Source of the DNA: Bacteroidales bacterium
Lineage (GTDB): Bacteria; Bacteroidota; Bacteroidia; Bacteroidales; Paludibacteraceae
Assembly: GCA_012519425.1 (NCBI GenBank)
Contig: JAAYQF010000011.1
Location: forward strand, 10,658 to 74,657
Direction of reading: 5' to 3'
Length of the DNA: 64,000 nt
Shown: piece after piece, positions 39,064 to 49,189 of the stretch
Layout: every line of letters starts with the position of its first letter
Numbering within the stretch: the first letter of the stretch is position 1
The notes under the pieces: generated by a model
Seen by the model: only the letters and a program-made list of their open reading frames with translations
Databases searched by the model: none
What the model was told of the DNA's origin: nothing
Program-made: the position numbers and the translations under genes

Positions 39064-39696
39064 ATGAAAACATTCGATTTAGAAGGAAAACTACGCCGGG
39101 AAGTTGGTAAGAAGTCAGCTAAAATTGCTCGCGCAACCGACAATGTGCCGTGCGTTTTGTATGGCAACAGTGAAAACGTACATTTTACAGTAACACAAGG
39201 TGCTATTCGTAAGTTGATTTACACACCTGAAGTGTTTGTTGTTAACTTAACGATTGATGGTAAGAAAAAGAAAGCCATTATCAAAGAATTGCAGTTTCAT
39301 CCGGTTAAAGATACATTGATGCACGTTGATTTTTTGGAAATCACAGATAAGAAACCGGTTGCCATGGATATCCCTGTAAAATTAACCGGGCTTGCTGAAG
39401 GAGTAAAGGCTGGTGGTAAATTGAATTTACAATTGCGTAAATTAAGAGTAAAAGGAATTTATACGGATTTCCCTGAAACCATTACTTTAGATGTGACCGA
39501 TTTGGTGTTGGGTAAATCAATTCGAGTTGGTGATATAAAACTTGATAATTTAGAAATTCTATCTCCCAAGCATGCTGTTGTTTGTCAGGTTAAATTGACG
39601 CGTGCTGCTCGCTCTGCCGATGAAGAAGAACTGGAAGCAGAAGAAGGAGCAGAAGGAGAAGGAACTGAAGGAGGAGAAAAAACTTCAGAAGAATAA
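39064..39696 (+). CDS. rplY: 50S ribosomal protein L25/general stress protein Ctc
   Basis: [28 protein letters not shown]; acidic tail. Confidence 0.96.
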   Translation: MKTFDLEGKLRREVGKKSAKIARATDNVPCVLYGNSENVHFTVTQGAIRKLIYTPEVFVVNLTIDGKKKKAIIKELQFHPVKDTLMHVDFLEITDKKPVAMDIPVKLTGLAEGVKAGGKLNLQLRKLRVKGIYTDFPETITLDVTDLVLGKSIRVGDIKLDNLEILSPKHAVVCQVKLTRAARSADEEELEAEEGAEGEGTEGGEKTSEE

Positions 39697-39707
39697 TCTG
39701 TTGTAAC

Positions 39708-40268
39708 ATGAAGTACCTGATAGTTGGACTCGGGAATATCGGTCCCGATTACCAGGACACCCGACACAACATAGGATTCACAATATTGGATGCTCTTGCG
39801 AGGGTGTCCAATGTTGTTTTTGAGGATAAGCGATACGGGTTTGTAGCCCGCATCAAATTGAAAGGACGTACATTGATTTTGTTGAAGCCCTCAACTTTTA
39901 TGAATTTGAGTGGCAATGCAGTGCGTTATTGGATGAGAAAAGAGAAGATTGAAAATGAAAACTTATTGGTTGTTGTCGATGATATTGCGCTTCCGTTTGG
40001 AACGTTGAGACTGAAGCCTCAGGGGTCGGATGCAGGGCACAACGGACTGAAAAGTATTCAGGATTTGATCGGTACTGAGTATCCCCGTTTACGTTTTGGT
40101 ATTGCCAGTAATTTTCCCAGAGGATGTCAGGTTGAATATGTGTTGGGAAAATTTGAAGAAGAAGAGCAATTGTTGTTGCCCGAAAGAATTGACAAAGCCA
40201 TTGAAATGATCAAAAGCTTTTGTTTAGCTGGTATACAACTGACCATGACACAGTTTAATAACAAGTAA
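39708..40268 (+). CDS. pth: Peptidyl-tRNA hydrolase
   Basis: [31 protein letters not shown]. Confidence 0.97.
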   Translation: MKYLIVGLGNIGPDYQDTRHNIGFTILDALARVSNVVFEDKRYGFVARIKLKGRTLILLKPSTFMNLSGNAVRYWMRKEKIENENLLVVVDDIALPFGTLRLKPQGSDAGHNGLKSIQDLIGTEYPRLRFGIASNFPRGCQVEYVLGKFEEEEQLLLPERIDKAIEMIKSFCLAGIQLTMTQFNNK

Positions 40269-40292
40269 ATTGAAAAGAGAGGGAGTACGGAT

Positions 40293-40685
40293 ATGGAAAC
40301 TGAAGTACGAATAGATAAATGGCTGTGGGCAGTCCGCCTCTATAAAACCCGCACATTGGCTGCTGAGGCTTGTAAAAAGGGGAAAGTCCTGGTTGACGGT
40401 GTTGAAGTTAAGCCTTCACGCAATGTCAAGATAGGTGATATCATTCAAGTCAAACGAAACCCGGTACTTTTTTCCTATGAGGTGCTGGCACTGACAGAAA
40501 GAAGGGTGGGTGCCAGGTTGGTTCCTGAATTGATCAAAGACGTCACTACTCCCGATCAGTTGGAATTGTATGAACTGGGTAAAATCGCTGCCAAGAGTAA
40601 TCGTCAGAGAGGTAAAGGACGACCGACCAAAAAAGAGAGGCGAGATCTGGAAGCCTTCCTTGAACCTGTTTTTTGGGAAGAATAA
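40293..40685 (+). CDS. hslR: RNA-binding S4 domain protein (Hsp15)
   Basis: RIDKWLWAVRLYKTR, GRPTKKERR. Confidence 0.93.
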   Translation: METEVRIDKWLWAVRLYKTRTLAAEACKKGKVLVDGVEVKPSRNVKIGDIIQVKRNPVLFSYEVLALTERRVGARLVPELIKDVTTPDQLELYELGKIAAKSNRQRGKGRPTKKERRDLEAFLEPVFWEE

Positions 40686-40690
40686 TATTT

Positions 40691-41067
40691 GGTAGTTAGT
40701 AGTTGGTAGTTAGTAGTTAGTAGTTTTTTTGGAAGTTATTGAAGTTAAAGAAGTTAGGGAAGTTACGGGGTCCGAGGTCCGAGTTCCGCGGTCGCGAGTT
40801 TAGCTTTTGGCTCTTGGCTTTGTTCTTCGTTCATCGTTTTTTTATCTTTACTTTTTGTTCTCAATTCAACGATTCAACAATTCAACGATTCAACAGTTCA
40901 ACGACTCAACAATTCAACAATTCAACAAAATTAAACATTAAACATTAAACATTAAACAATTTGTCTTTACTCTTTTGTCTTTGTTCTTTGCTCTTTGTTC
41001 TTCTTCGTTCTTCGTTTTTAGTTGATCTGTCTTTATTCTTTTGTCTTTGTTCTTTGCTCTTTGTTCT
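40691..41067 (+). repeat. Mosaic short-tandem-repeat array B (most complete copy)
   Basis: (RGTAGTT)5-(GAAGTTANN)4-(NGKTCCG)3-T-rich-(RATTCAAC-like)8-(ATTAAAC)4-(CTTTGTT-like)n; fills the whole intergenic region. Confidence 0.92.
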
Positions 41068-41073
41068 GTAAAC

Positions 41074-41619
41074 ATGCTCATCGCTTCTTATCTTAAAAAT
41101 ACGAACATCGCCGAATACTTGCTGTATATGTGGCAGGTGGAAGATACCATACGTGCCATGAATTTTGATATTGGTCGCATTGAAAAATCGGTGGTCGACC
41201 GCCTTCCAGTGAAAGATGAAAATGAACGTCTTACTGTTTTAACCTGGTATGAAGACTTGATAGACATGATGCGACGTGAAAATGTGATGGACAAAGGACA
41301 TTTACAAATAAATAAAAATACGATCGTCGACCTTGACGACTTTCATTATTTAATCTTGGGCTCTGAGCGTGTTCCGGCATATAATGCCAAATACCTGCAT
41401 GTGTTGCCGTTTATTAATCAATTCAGACAGAAGTCGGAGGCGGGTTTAACAGACATTGAACTGTGCTTTAATTTCCAATATGGTATATTGATGCTCAGAT
41501 TACAGAAAAAAGAGATCAGTGCGGAGACACTTAAAACACAGGAAGAAATTTCAAAGTTTTTGGTTTTACTAACTAAAAATTACCATGCTTTTGCGGAAGG
41601 CAAGCTTGACTTGGAATAA
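41074..41619 (+). CDS. DUF4924 family protein
   Basis: NIAEYLLYMWQVEDTIRA, GHLQINKN, IELCF..YG.LMLRLQKKEIS.ET; the upstream extension in the ORF track is repeat-derived. Confidence 0.85.
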   Translation: MLIASYLKNTNIAEYLLYMWQVEDTIRAMNFDIGRIEKSVVDRLPVKDENERLTVLTWYEDLIDMMRRENVMDKGHLQINKNTIVDLDDFHYLILGSERVPAYNAKYLHVLPFINQFRQKSEAGLTDIELCFNFQYGILMLRLQKKEISAETLKTQEEISKFLVLLTKNYHAFAEGKLDLE

Positions 41620-41724
41620 ATTGATTACCTTTGTTCCTGTTAATTTTATTAAAATTTATTATAGTGACCGTTTGTAGAAAACAGTCCATTCAGACTAATC
41701 ACTAAAACTAAAACCAGTACAAAA

Positions 41725-42603
41725 ATGAAAGGAATCATTCTTGCCGGGGGAGCAGGCACCCGCTTATACCCCATTACAAAAAGTATTTCCAAGCAAATCA
41801 TTCCGGTGTATGATAAACCCATGATCTATTACCCGCTTTCGGTGCTTCTGCTGTCGGGTATACGTGAAATATTGATTATCTCAACACCGCAGGACATTCA
41901 TTTGTATGAAAATTTATTGGGTGATGGCAAAGAGCTTGGAATAGATATACAGTATGCCATTCAACCTTCTCCGGACGGATTGGCACAGGCTTTTATCATT
42001 GGAGAGGAATTTATCGGAAATGACACTGTCTGTATGATATTGGGCGATAATATTTTTTATGGATTTGATTTTTCCAAGATTTTGAGAGAAGCTGCTCAGT
42101 TAAAAGAAGGAGCCATCGTGTTTGGATATTATGTGCGTGATCCGGAACGTTATGGAGTTGCTGAATTTGACGCCAAAGGCAGGGTAATCAGTTTGGAGGA
42201 AAAACCTGCGAAACCAAAATCAAATTATGCGGTGACCGGTTTGTATTTTTATGGAAATGATGTGATTGAGAAAGCTAAGTCTTTAAAGCCTTCCAAGAGG
42301 GGAGAATTAGAGATTACAGACTTAAACAGGTTGTATTTGGAGGAAAATCGTTTGAGTGTAAAACTTATGGGGCGTGGTATGGCCTGGTTGGATACCGGAA
42401 CACACGATAGTCTGTTAGATGCTTCTAATTTTATAGCAACCATCGAAAGCAGACAAGGTTTGAAAGTTGCCTGTATCGAAGAAATAGCCTATAGAAACGG
42501 TTATATTGATAAAGAACAGCTGCTTAAATTGGCTGAACCGCTTAAAAAGAATCACTACGGAGAGTATTTGATAAAAATTGCTGATGAAAAAGTTTTTGAC
42601 TGA
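41725..42603 (+). CDS. rfbA: Glucose-1-phosphate thymidylyltransferase
   Basis: [32 protein letters not shown]; -7 box TACCTTTG at 41626-41633. Confidence 0.97.
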   Translation: MKGIILAGGAGTRLYPITKSISKQIIPVYDKPMIYYPLSVLLLSGIREILIISTPQDIHLYENLLGDGKELGIDIQYAIQPSPDGLAQAFIIGEEFIGNDTVCMILGDNIFYGFDFSKILREAAQLKEGAIVFGYYVRDPERYGVAEFDAKGRVISLEEKPAKPKSNYAVTGLYFYGNDVIEKAKSLKPSKRGELEITDLNRLYLEENRLSVKLMGRGMAWLDTGTHDSLLDASNFIATIESRQGLKVACIEEIAYRNGYIDKEQLLKLAEPLKKNHYGEYLIKIADEKVFD

Positions 42604-43151
42604 TGGAAATTATTCATACACCCATTGAGGGATTATTAATTATTAAACCGCGTATTTTTGAAGACAAGCGGGGATTTTTCTTTGAAAGCTTCAATCGCAA
42701 TAAATACATTGAAGCAGGTATTGACCAGGATTTTTGCCAGGATAATCTTTCTAAATCTTCTTATGGGGTTGTCAGGGGGTTACATTATCAGTTACATCCC
42801 TACAGTCAGTCTAAATTAGTATCAGTTGTCGTCGGTACTGTATGGGACGTGGCTGTGGATTTAAGAAAGGATTCCCCTACCTTCGGTAAATGGTATGGTG
42901 TTGAGTTGTCGGCCGCAAATAAATTACAATTTCTGCTGCCCAAAGGTTTTGCACATGGATTTTCTGTATTGAGCGAGACGGCCGTTTTTTCCTATAAGTG
43001 TGATGATTATTACAATCAGTCAGCCGAAAGGGGTATCATGTACAACGACCCGTTTCTGAATATTGATTGGAAAATACCGGCTGATAAAATATCGTTGTCT
43101 CCGAAAGACGGTCTCCATCCTTCGTTTCAAGAAGCCGAAATGAATTTCTAA
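42603..43151 (+). CDS. rfbC: dTDP-4-dehydrorhamnose 3,5-epimerase
   Basis: DKRGFFFE, QDNLSKS, RGLHYQ, GFAHGF; TGATG coupling. Confidence 0.97.
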   Translation: MEIIHTPIEGLLIIKPRIFEDKRGFFFESFNRNKYIEAGIDQDFCQDNLSKSSYGVVRGLHYQLHPYSQSKLVSVVVGTVWDVAVDLRKDSPTFGKWYGVELSAANKLQFLLPKGFAHGFSVLSETAVFSYKCDDYYNQSAERGIMYNDPFLNIDWKIPADKISLSPKDGLHPSFQEAEMNF

Positions 43152-43173
43152 AGTACTCAAAAGGTAAAAAAGC

Positions 43174-44034
43174 ATGCAAACCATATTAGTAACAGGTAGT
43201 AAAGGGCAGTTGGGAAATGAGATCCGGATACTGGCACCTTCTTATCCACAATTCAATTTTATCTTCACTGATATCGAAGAATTGGATATCTGCAATCGCC
43301 GGTCTGTCGATGATTTTTTTGCCGCACATAAAATCGATCTTTTGATCAACTGTGCAGCTTATACCGCTGTGGACAGGGCGGAAGATGACAGATTGATGTG
43401 TTATCAGATCAATAAAGATGCAGTAGGATATTTAGGGGAGGCTTCCTCGCGTCATGGGGTGAAGATGTTGCATATCTCCACCGATTATGTGTTTGATGGA
43501 AAGAGCTACATACCGTACACAGAAGAGATACCGATGTCTCCCACATCGGTATATGGGCAGTCAAAGGCTGAAGGAGAACAGTTGCTTACTTCCGTTTTGC
43601 AGGATGCTGTTATAGTCAGGACCTCCTGGCTCTATTCATCATTTGGTAATAATTTCGTAAAGACCATGCTTAGGTTGGGCAGGGAGCGTACAAGCCTGCA
43701 AGTTGTTTTTGATCAAGTTGGAACACCCACCTATGCAGCCGATTTGGCGGATGCATTGTTGCAAATCATCAGTGCCGGGAAACTTATTCCTGGTATCTAT
43801 CATTATTCCAATGAAGGCGTATGTAGCTGGTACGATTTTGCTCTTGCGATTTTTAAATTGGCAAAAATTGAATGCGATGTGTTACCAATCAACAGTAAGG
43901 ATTATCCTACAAAAACACCCCGTCCGCATTATAGTGTACTGAATAAGCAAAAAGTAAAATCCACCTATAATTTACGAATTGCGCACTGGGAAGACAGCCT
44001 GAGACTTTGTATCCAAAAGTTAGAAAACCGATAA
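43174..44034 (+). CDS. rfbD: dTDP-4-dehydrorhamnose reductase
   Basis: TGSKGQLG, CAAYTAVD, STDYVFDG, YGQSK. Confidence 0.96.
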   Translation: MQTILVTGSKGQLGNEIRILAPSYPQFNFIFTDIEELDICNRRSVDDFFAAHKIDLLINCAAYTAVDRAEDDRLMCYQINKDAVGYLGEASSRHGVKMLHISTDYVFDGKSYIPYTEEIPMSPTSVYGQSKAEGEQLLTSVLQDAVIVRTSWLYSSFGNNFVKTMLRLGRERTSLQVVFDQVGTPTYAADLADALLQIISAGKLIPGIYHYSNEGVCSWYDFALAIFKLAKIECDVLPINSKDYPTKTPRPHYSVLNKQKVKSTYNLRIAHWEDSLRLCIQKLENR

Positions 44035-44045
44035 TTCTTTGAGTC

Positions 44046-46535
44046 TTATCTCAGTTTGGCTCCCAGTTCTTGTTCGAAATTCTTGATCAGTTTTTTCATA
44101 ACAGTGTCTATTTCTGCATCAGTCAATGTTTTGGCAGCATCTTGAATGTAGAAACTTACGGCATATGACTTTTTCCCCGGATCAAGATTTTTACCTTCGT
44201 ATACGTCGAATAGATTAACCTTTTTGAGGAGTTTTTTTTCTGTTTTAAAGGCAATTTTTTCAATGGCTTCGAAACTGATGTTTTTGTCTAACAATAATGC
44301 CAGATCCCTCTTTACTCCAGGAAATTTTGGCATGTCATTAAATAGTATGCGGTGTCGTTTGACCTCTTTCAAAATATTTTCCCAGGACAAATCAGCAAAA
44401 TAAACAGGTTGTCCGATATCGGTCGCTTTCAACAGTGTTGCATGCACGATGCCGTAGGTAGCTAAATTTCTGTTTGAGAGCGTTTTGATGGCAATAGCTT
44501 CGCTGAATATATCATTTTCACAAGGAACATAAACTAACTTGGAAAAATCGACACCCAGCCTTTTTAAAATGCCTTCAACATATGCTTTCAGGTCATACAC
44601 GCTGACATTTTGAGCTGTTTGCGTCCATGACGGTGCATGTTTTTGTCCCGTCAGCCAAATGCCTAAGTGAAACTCTTCATGATAGGCAGAGAGCAGATCA
44701 TCGCCGGTATTTTTATTGCGTGCACTTTCATCACCTGCTTTTTCGTTATTTACATACTGGTAGCAATTGCCGAATTCATATAGCTTTAAATCGGCATGCT
44801 GTCTGTTTATGTTATGAGCAATGCTTTCCAGTCCGCCGAACAATAAGGTTTGACGCATTACATTCAAATCATTGCTTAAGGAATTGATGATTTTTACGCT
44901 TTTGTTTTCCGGATAAGTTGATAACTCCCGGTAATAAGCTCCTTTTGTCAGCGAATTATTCATGATCTCAAAGAAACCTTGCGCGGTCAGCTGTCCGGAA
45001 ATCAATTGCTGCAAACGTTGATTTTTTGAGTCGTTGATATGGCTTACAGCATAAGATAAATTATGTTCTATTTCAACATTATTGTATCCATATATGCGCA
45101 GAATATCCTCAATTACATCAACATCCCTCTGTACATCGACTCTGTAGGTCGGAATTTGCAATAAATATCCCGCCTCATCACTTCGAAGGATAGCCATCTC
45201 TAAGGCCAATAAGATTTTCTCTATGACAGGTCTTTCGATTTCTTTACCAATCAAATTGTGCGTTTTTTGAATCGAAATACTGACTTTAGCGGGTTGGATC
45301 ACCTTGGGATACACATCCACGACTTCGCTGGAAATTTCTCCTCCGGCTATTTCCCGGATCAACATGGCACAACGTTTCAACACATATACCGTGTTGGAAG
45401 GGTCGCATCCTCTTTCGAAGCGAAAAGAAGCATCAGTATGTAAATCGTGCAATTTAGAGGTTTTGCGTATACTGACAGGATTAAAATAAGCACTTTCCAG
45501 GAAGATATTGGTTGTGGTTTCAGTCACCCCGGAGTCAATACCTCCAAAGACACCCCCAATACACATGGGGTTTTCAGCATCACAAATCATCAAATCTTCA
45601 GCACTTAATTTACGTACCACGCTGTCTAATCCGGTAAAAGGTGTAGCATTAGGCATGGTTCTCACCCTAACACGCTTTCCTTGAATTTTATCTGCATCGA
45701 AAGCATGCAAGGGCTGTCCGGTTTCATGCATGACATAATTGGTGATGTCAACTATGCTGTTGATGGGACGTAAACCAATGCTATTTAACCTGTCTTTTAA
45801 CCACTGTGGAGACTCTTTAACCTTGACATTGGCAATGGTTACAGCCGAATATCTCGGGCATGCCTCAGGAGATTCAATATCTACCGGAATTGTCAAAGCA
45901 GTACTTTGAACTTTAAAATTACTTACATCAGGCTTTGTCAACTTGATGTTTTTATTGCGGATGGAAAAATAGGCAGCCAAATCACGTGCTACACCATAAT
46001 GAGAAGTAGCATCACTCCGGTTAGGAGTAATGTCAATTTCAAAGACATGATCGTCCTCAATATCATAGTATTCTTTGGCTAAAGTCCCTACTTTTACGGT
46101 TTCTGGCAGCGCAATGATCCCGTCATGGCTTGTTCCGACACCTATTTCATCTTCAGCACAGATCATCCCGAAAGATTCAACGCCTCTTATTTTGGATCGT
46201 TTAATGGTGAACGTCTTGTCTTCTGAATACAATTTAGTACCGATGGGAGCCACTATCACTTTCTGACCGACAGCTACATTGGGAGCACCGCAAACAATTT
46301 GTAAAGGGCTTTCGTCACCGATATTTACGGTCGTTACCGACAAGTGATCTGAGTTTTCATGTTTTTCGCAAGTCAAAACCTCACCAACTACCAAACCTTC
46401 CAAACCACCTTGAATCGTCTGGACCTTTTCAACACCACCCACTTCCAAACCGATAGAAGTGAGAATTGTACTTAATGCTTCAGCAGGTATATCTAAATTG
46501 ATATAGTCTCTTAACCAGTTATAAGAAATTTTCAT
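44046..46535 (-). CDS. pheT: Phenylalanine-tRNA ligase beta subunit
   Basis: MKISYNWL, CGAPNV, ITPNRSD, FERGCDP, C-terminal anticodon-binding domain; -7 box TAAATTTG at 46563-46570. Confidence 0.96.
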   Translation of the reverse strand: MKISYNWLRDYINLDIPAEALSTILTSIGLEVGGVEKVQTIQGGLEGLVVGEVLTCEKHENSDHLSVTTVNIGDESPLQIVCGAPNVAVGQKVIVAPIGTKLYSEDKTFTIKRSKIRGVESFGMICAEDEIGVGTSHDGIIALPETVKVGTLAKEYYDIEDDHVFEIDITPNRSDATSHYGVARDLAAYFSIRNKNIKLTKPDVSNFKVQSTALTIPVDIESPEACPRYSAVTIANVKVKESPQWLKDRLNSIGLRPINSIVDITNYVMHETGQPLHAFDADKIQGKRVRVRTMPNATPFTGLDSVVRKLSAEDLMICDAENPMCIGGVFGGIDSGVTETTTNIFLESAYFNPVSIRKTSKLHDLHTDASFRFERGCDPSNTVYVLKRCAMLIREIAGGEISSEVVDVYPKVIQPAKVSISIQKTHNLIGKEIERPVIEKILLALEMAILRSDEAGYLLQIPTYRVDVQRDVDVIEDILRIYGYNNVEIEHNLSYAVSHINDSKNQRLQQLISGQLTAQGFFEIMNNSLTKGAYYRELSTYPENKSVKIINSLSNDLNVMRQTLLFGGLESIAHNINRQHADLKLYEFGNCYQYVNNEKAGDESARNKNTGDDLLSAYHEEFHLGIWLTGQKHAPSWTQTAQNVSVYDLKAYVEGILKRLGVDFSKLVYVPCENDIFSEAIAIKTLSNRNLATYGIVHATLLKATDIGQPVYFADLSWENILKEVKRHRILFNDMPKFPGVKRDLALLLDKNISFEAIEKIAFKTEKKLLKKVNLFDVYEGKNLDPGKKSYAVSFYIQDAAKTLTDAEIDTVMKKLIKNFEQELGAKLR

Positions 46536-46623
46536 TGAAATGAATGTTTTTTTAATGACTTGCAAATTTACATCAATTAATTAGATTGACAATTTTTTGG
46601 GAGAAGTTTGAGAATGATGATAG

Positions 46624-46914
46624 GGTAGTTGGTAGTTGGTAGTTAGTAGTTAGTAGTTAGTAGTTAGTAGTTTTGGAAATTAGGGAAGTTAAGGAGAAGT
46701 TAAAGAAGTTAGCGTGTTCCGAGTTCCGGGGTCGCGAGTTTAGCTTTTGGCTTTGTTCTTCGTTCATCGTTCTTCGTTCTTAGTTAAATTTGTCTTTGTT
46801 CTTTTGTCTTTACTCTTTGTTCTCAGTTCAACAATTCAACGATTCAACACTACACACTACACACTACACACTAAACATTAAACAATTTGTCTTTATTCTT
46901 TGCTCTTTGTTCTT
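46624..46914 (+). repeat. Mosaic short-tandem-repeat array C
   Basis: (RGTAGTT)7-(GAAGTTA..)n-heptamers-(ATTCAAC-like)3-(ACTACAC)3-ACTAAAC-ATTAAAC; shares GGTCGCGAGTTTAGCTTTTGGCT with array B. Confidence 0.92.
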
Positions 46915-47001
46915 CAATAAAATCTTGAAAATTGCACAAAATGTTGCAAGTTGTGCAAAATATATCTATTTTTGCAGCCGTAATTTTAAATCCAATCAAA
47001 A

Positions 47002-48732
47002 ATGATTAAAGAAAATTTCATTAAACTATTTGAAAATGCATTTCAAAAGTATTGGGACTTGCCTGCATATAGCAATTACGGTGAGGATATAACTTTGACC
47101 TATGCTGATGTAGCTAAACGTGTAGCCAAATTGCATATCTTGTTTGAACAATGTAATATTCAGCCGAATGATCACATTGCCCTGATTGGACGCAATAATG
47201 CTAATTGGGCTATAACCTATCTGGCGACTGTGACTTATGGAGCCATCATTGTACCTATTTTACAAGATTTTAATCCTAATGATGTGCATCATATTTCAAA
47301 TCACTCTGAATCCAAATTGTTGTTTGCTAGCGACAATATTTGGGAAAACCTGGAAGAGGAAAAACTGCAAACCGTACAAGCGGTATTCTCGTTGACCAAT
47401 TTCAATTGTATTACGATTATTGACAGAAGGGGAGAAGATGAAAAGACTGGAGTGGAGCCGGTTTTAGAGCGCCGAAACTTGAGACCTGAGGTGATTAGTT
47501 CGATTTTTAAATCAAAGTATCCGCAAGGTTTCTACAAAGAACATGTAAAATATATTGATAAGGATAATTCGGAATTGGTTTCCATCAATTATACTTCCGG
47601 AACCACAGGATTTAGCAAAGGGGTGATGACCAGTGGAAATGCATTGGCGGGAAATATTATGTTTGCCGTTGGCACCGGAATTATCAAGGAAGGATACAAA
47701 CTCATCTCATTTTTACCCTTGGCGCACTCCTATGGTTGTGCTTTCGACTTTTTGACGACCACCTGCATAGGTTGCCACGTTCATTTCTTAGGAAAGATAC
47801 CGTCACCCAAGATATTATTAAAGGCTTTTGCTGAAATTAAACCCAATGTGATTTTCCTTGTTCCGCTTATCATCGAGAAGATATATAAAAGACAAATTCA
47901 GCCTATGATAGCCAAACCAACTATTCGTTGGGTATTGAAGATTCCGTTATTGGATCAAACCATTTTGTCCGCCATACGTAAAAAACTGATACAGGCATTT
48001 GGTGGTGAGTTTGTTCAGTTGGTGTGCGGCGGAGCTCCCATGAATGCAGAAGTAGAGGATTTTTTGCAAAAGATTAAATTTCCTTATACCGTTGGATACG
48101 GTATGACTGAGTGTGCGCCTCTTATCAGTTTTACGCCTGCTGATCGTTTCGTTCCAAAATCATCAGGAGAAGTGATTCCTGTAATGGAAGCAAAAATTAT
48201 AAAGGCCGATCCCGAAACAGGTATAGGCGAAATTTGTGTCAGAGGTGAAAATTTAATGTCCGGTTACTATAAAAATCCCGAAGCTACAGACAGTATCATT
48301 GATGAGGATGGATGGCTGCATACGGGTGATTTGGGTACAATTGATAAACAAGGTAATATTTTTATCAAGGGAAGAAGTAAAAGTATGATTTTGGGTTCAA
48401 GTGGTCAGAATATCTATCCGGAAGAGATAGAAGCAAAGCTCAACAATATGCCGTATGTGATGGAAAGTCTTGTAGTAGAGAATCGTGGGAAATTACATGC
48501 TTTGGTATATCCGGACTACGAAGCGGTTGATTTGGAAAATCTGAATCAGAAACAATTGGAAAGAGTAATGGAGGAAAACAGAGTGGCACTCAATAGTATG
48601 ACTGCTTCTTATGAAGCCATTCTCAAGATTCACTTATATCCAAATGAATTTGAAAAAACCCCGAAAAAGAGCATTAAGAGATATCTCTATTCAACGGCTT
48701 TTCAAAAAGATTCTGATGCTAATGGACAATAA
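47002..48732 (+). CDS. Long-chain fatty acid-CoA ligase (AMP-binding family), second paralogue
   Basis: YTSGTTGFSKG, GYGMTE, GWLHTGDLG; -7 box TATTTTTG at 46967-46974. Confidence 0.92.
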   Translation: MIKENFIKLFENAFQKYWDLPAYSNYGEDITLTYADVAKRVAKLHILFEQCNIQPNDHIALIGRNNANWAITYLATVTYGAIIVPILQDFNPNDVHHISNHSESKLLFASDNIWENLEEEKLQTVQAVFSLTNFNCITIIDRRGEDEKTGVEPVLERRNLRPEVISSIFKSKYPQGFYKEHVKYIDKDNSELVSINYTSGTTGFSKGVMTSGNALAGNIMFAVGTGIIKEGYKLISFLPLAHSYGCAFDFLTTTCIGCHVHFLGKIPSPKILLKAFAEIKPNVIFLVPLIIEKIYKRQIQPMIAKPTIRWVLKIPLLDQTILSAIRKKLIQAFGGEFVQLVCGGAPMNAEVEDFLQKIKFPYTVGYGMTECAPLISFTPADRFVPKSSGEVIPVMEAKIIKADPETGIGEICVRGENLMSGYYKNPEATDSIIDEDGWLHTGDLGTIDKQGNIFIKGRSKSMILGSSGQNIYPEEIEAKLNNMPYVMESLVVENRGKLHALVYPDYEAVDLENLNQKQLERVMEENRVALNSMTASYEAILKIHLYPNEFEKTPKKSIKRYLYSTAFQKDSDANGQ

Positions 48733-48873
48733 ATTTTGGCTATTTGTAAAAAAAAGTTGGTAAAAACCAAAAAAAGCATCAAAAAGTTTTTTTATTCTAA
48801 AAATTAAGTGTAATTTTGCGGGGATTTTGAATTGCAAACTATATTTATGTCGAATTTTTAAAGATTTTGAAAA

Positions 48874-49047
48874 ATGAAAAAATTATTTTTATTATTTGCC
48901 GTTGCTTCATTTTTTGTAGCATGTGCACCTAAAGCTGCAGAAACAACTGAAGAAGAAGCTGTTGTAACAGAAGAAGTTGTAGTTGTAGAAGAAGAAGCTC
49001 CTGCTGAAGAAGCTCCTGTAGAAGAGGCAGCTCCTGAAGTTCAATAA
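48874..49047 (+). CDS. Small acidic lipoprotein, 57 aa (absent from the ORF track)
   Basis: MKKLFLLFAVASFFVA-CAPKAAETTEEEAVVTEEVVVVEEEAPAEEAPVEEAAPEVQ; -7 box TAATTTTG at 48811-48818 and its own terminator. Confidence 0.85.
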   Translation: MKKLFLLFAVASFFVACAPKAAETTEEEAVVTEEVVVVEEEAPAEEAPVEEAAPEVQ

Positions 49048-49070
49048 AAAAATTAAATTAAGAAAAAAGG

Positions 49071-49099
49071 AAGTCCGTTATGCGTAACGGACTTTTTTT
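49071..49099 (+). terminator. Intrinsic terminator of the small lipoprotein gene
   Basis: AAGTCCGTTA-TGCG-TAACGGACTT plus T run. Confidence 0.85.
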
Positions 49100-49189
49100 G
49101 TTTCCAGGGGTTAGGTTTTAAGTTTGAGAGTTCCAAACTTTAAAAATGCAATAATTTGATGTAAATTTGCGGTTTTAAAAAATAATGAC

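Noticed and set aside
40739-40948. 69-aa ORF (and 46790-47005, and the 41041 N-terminal extension)
   Set aside because: Translation of the tandem repeats (FNDSTIQRFNSSTTQQFNN); GTG/TTG-type starts without an initiation context.
40691-41067. CRISPR array interpretation of the mosaic repeats (also 24.5 and 46.6 kb)
   Set aside because: Units are 7-9 nt, directly tandem, with no unique spacers and no cas genes in the window.
41725-44034. rfbACD without rfbB as a broken pathway
   Set aside because: rfbB is often unlinked in Bacteroidales; absence from one window is uninformative.
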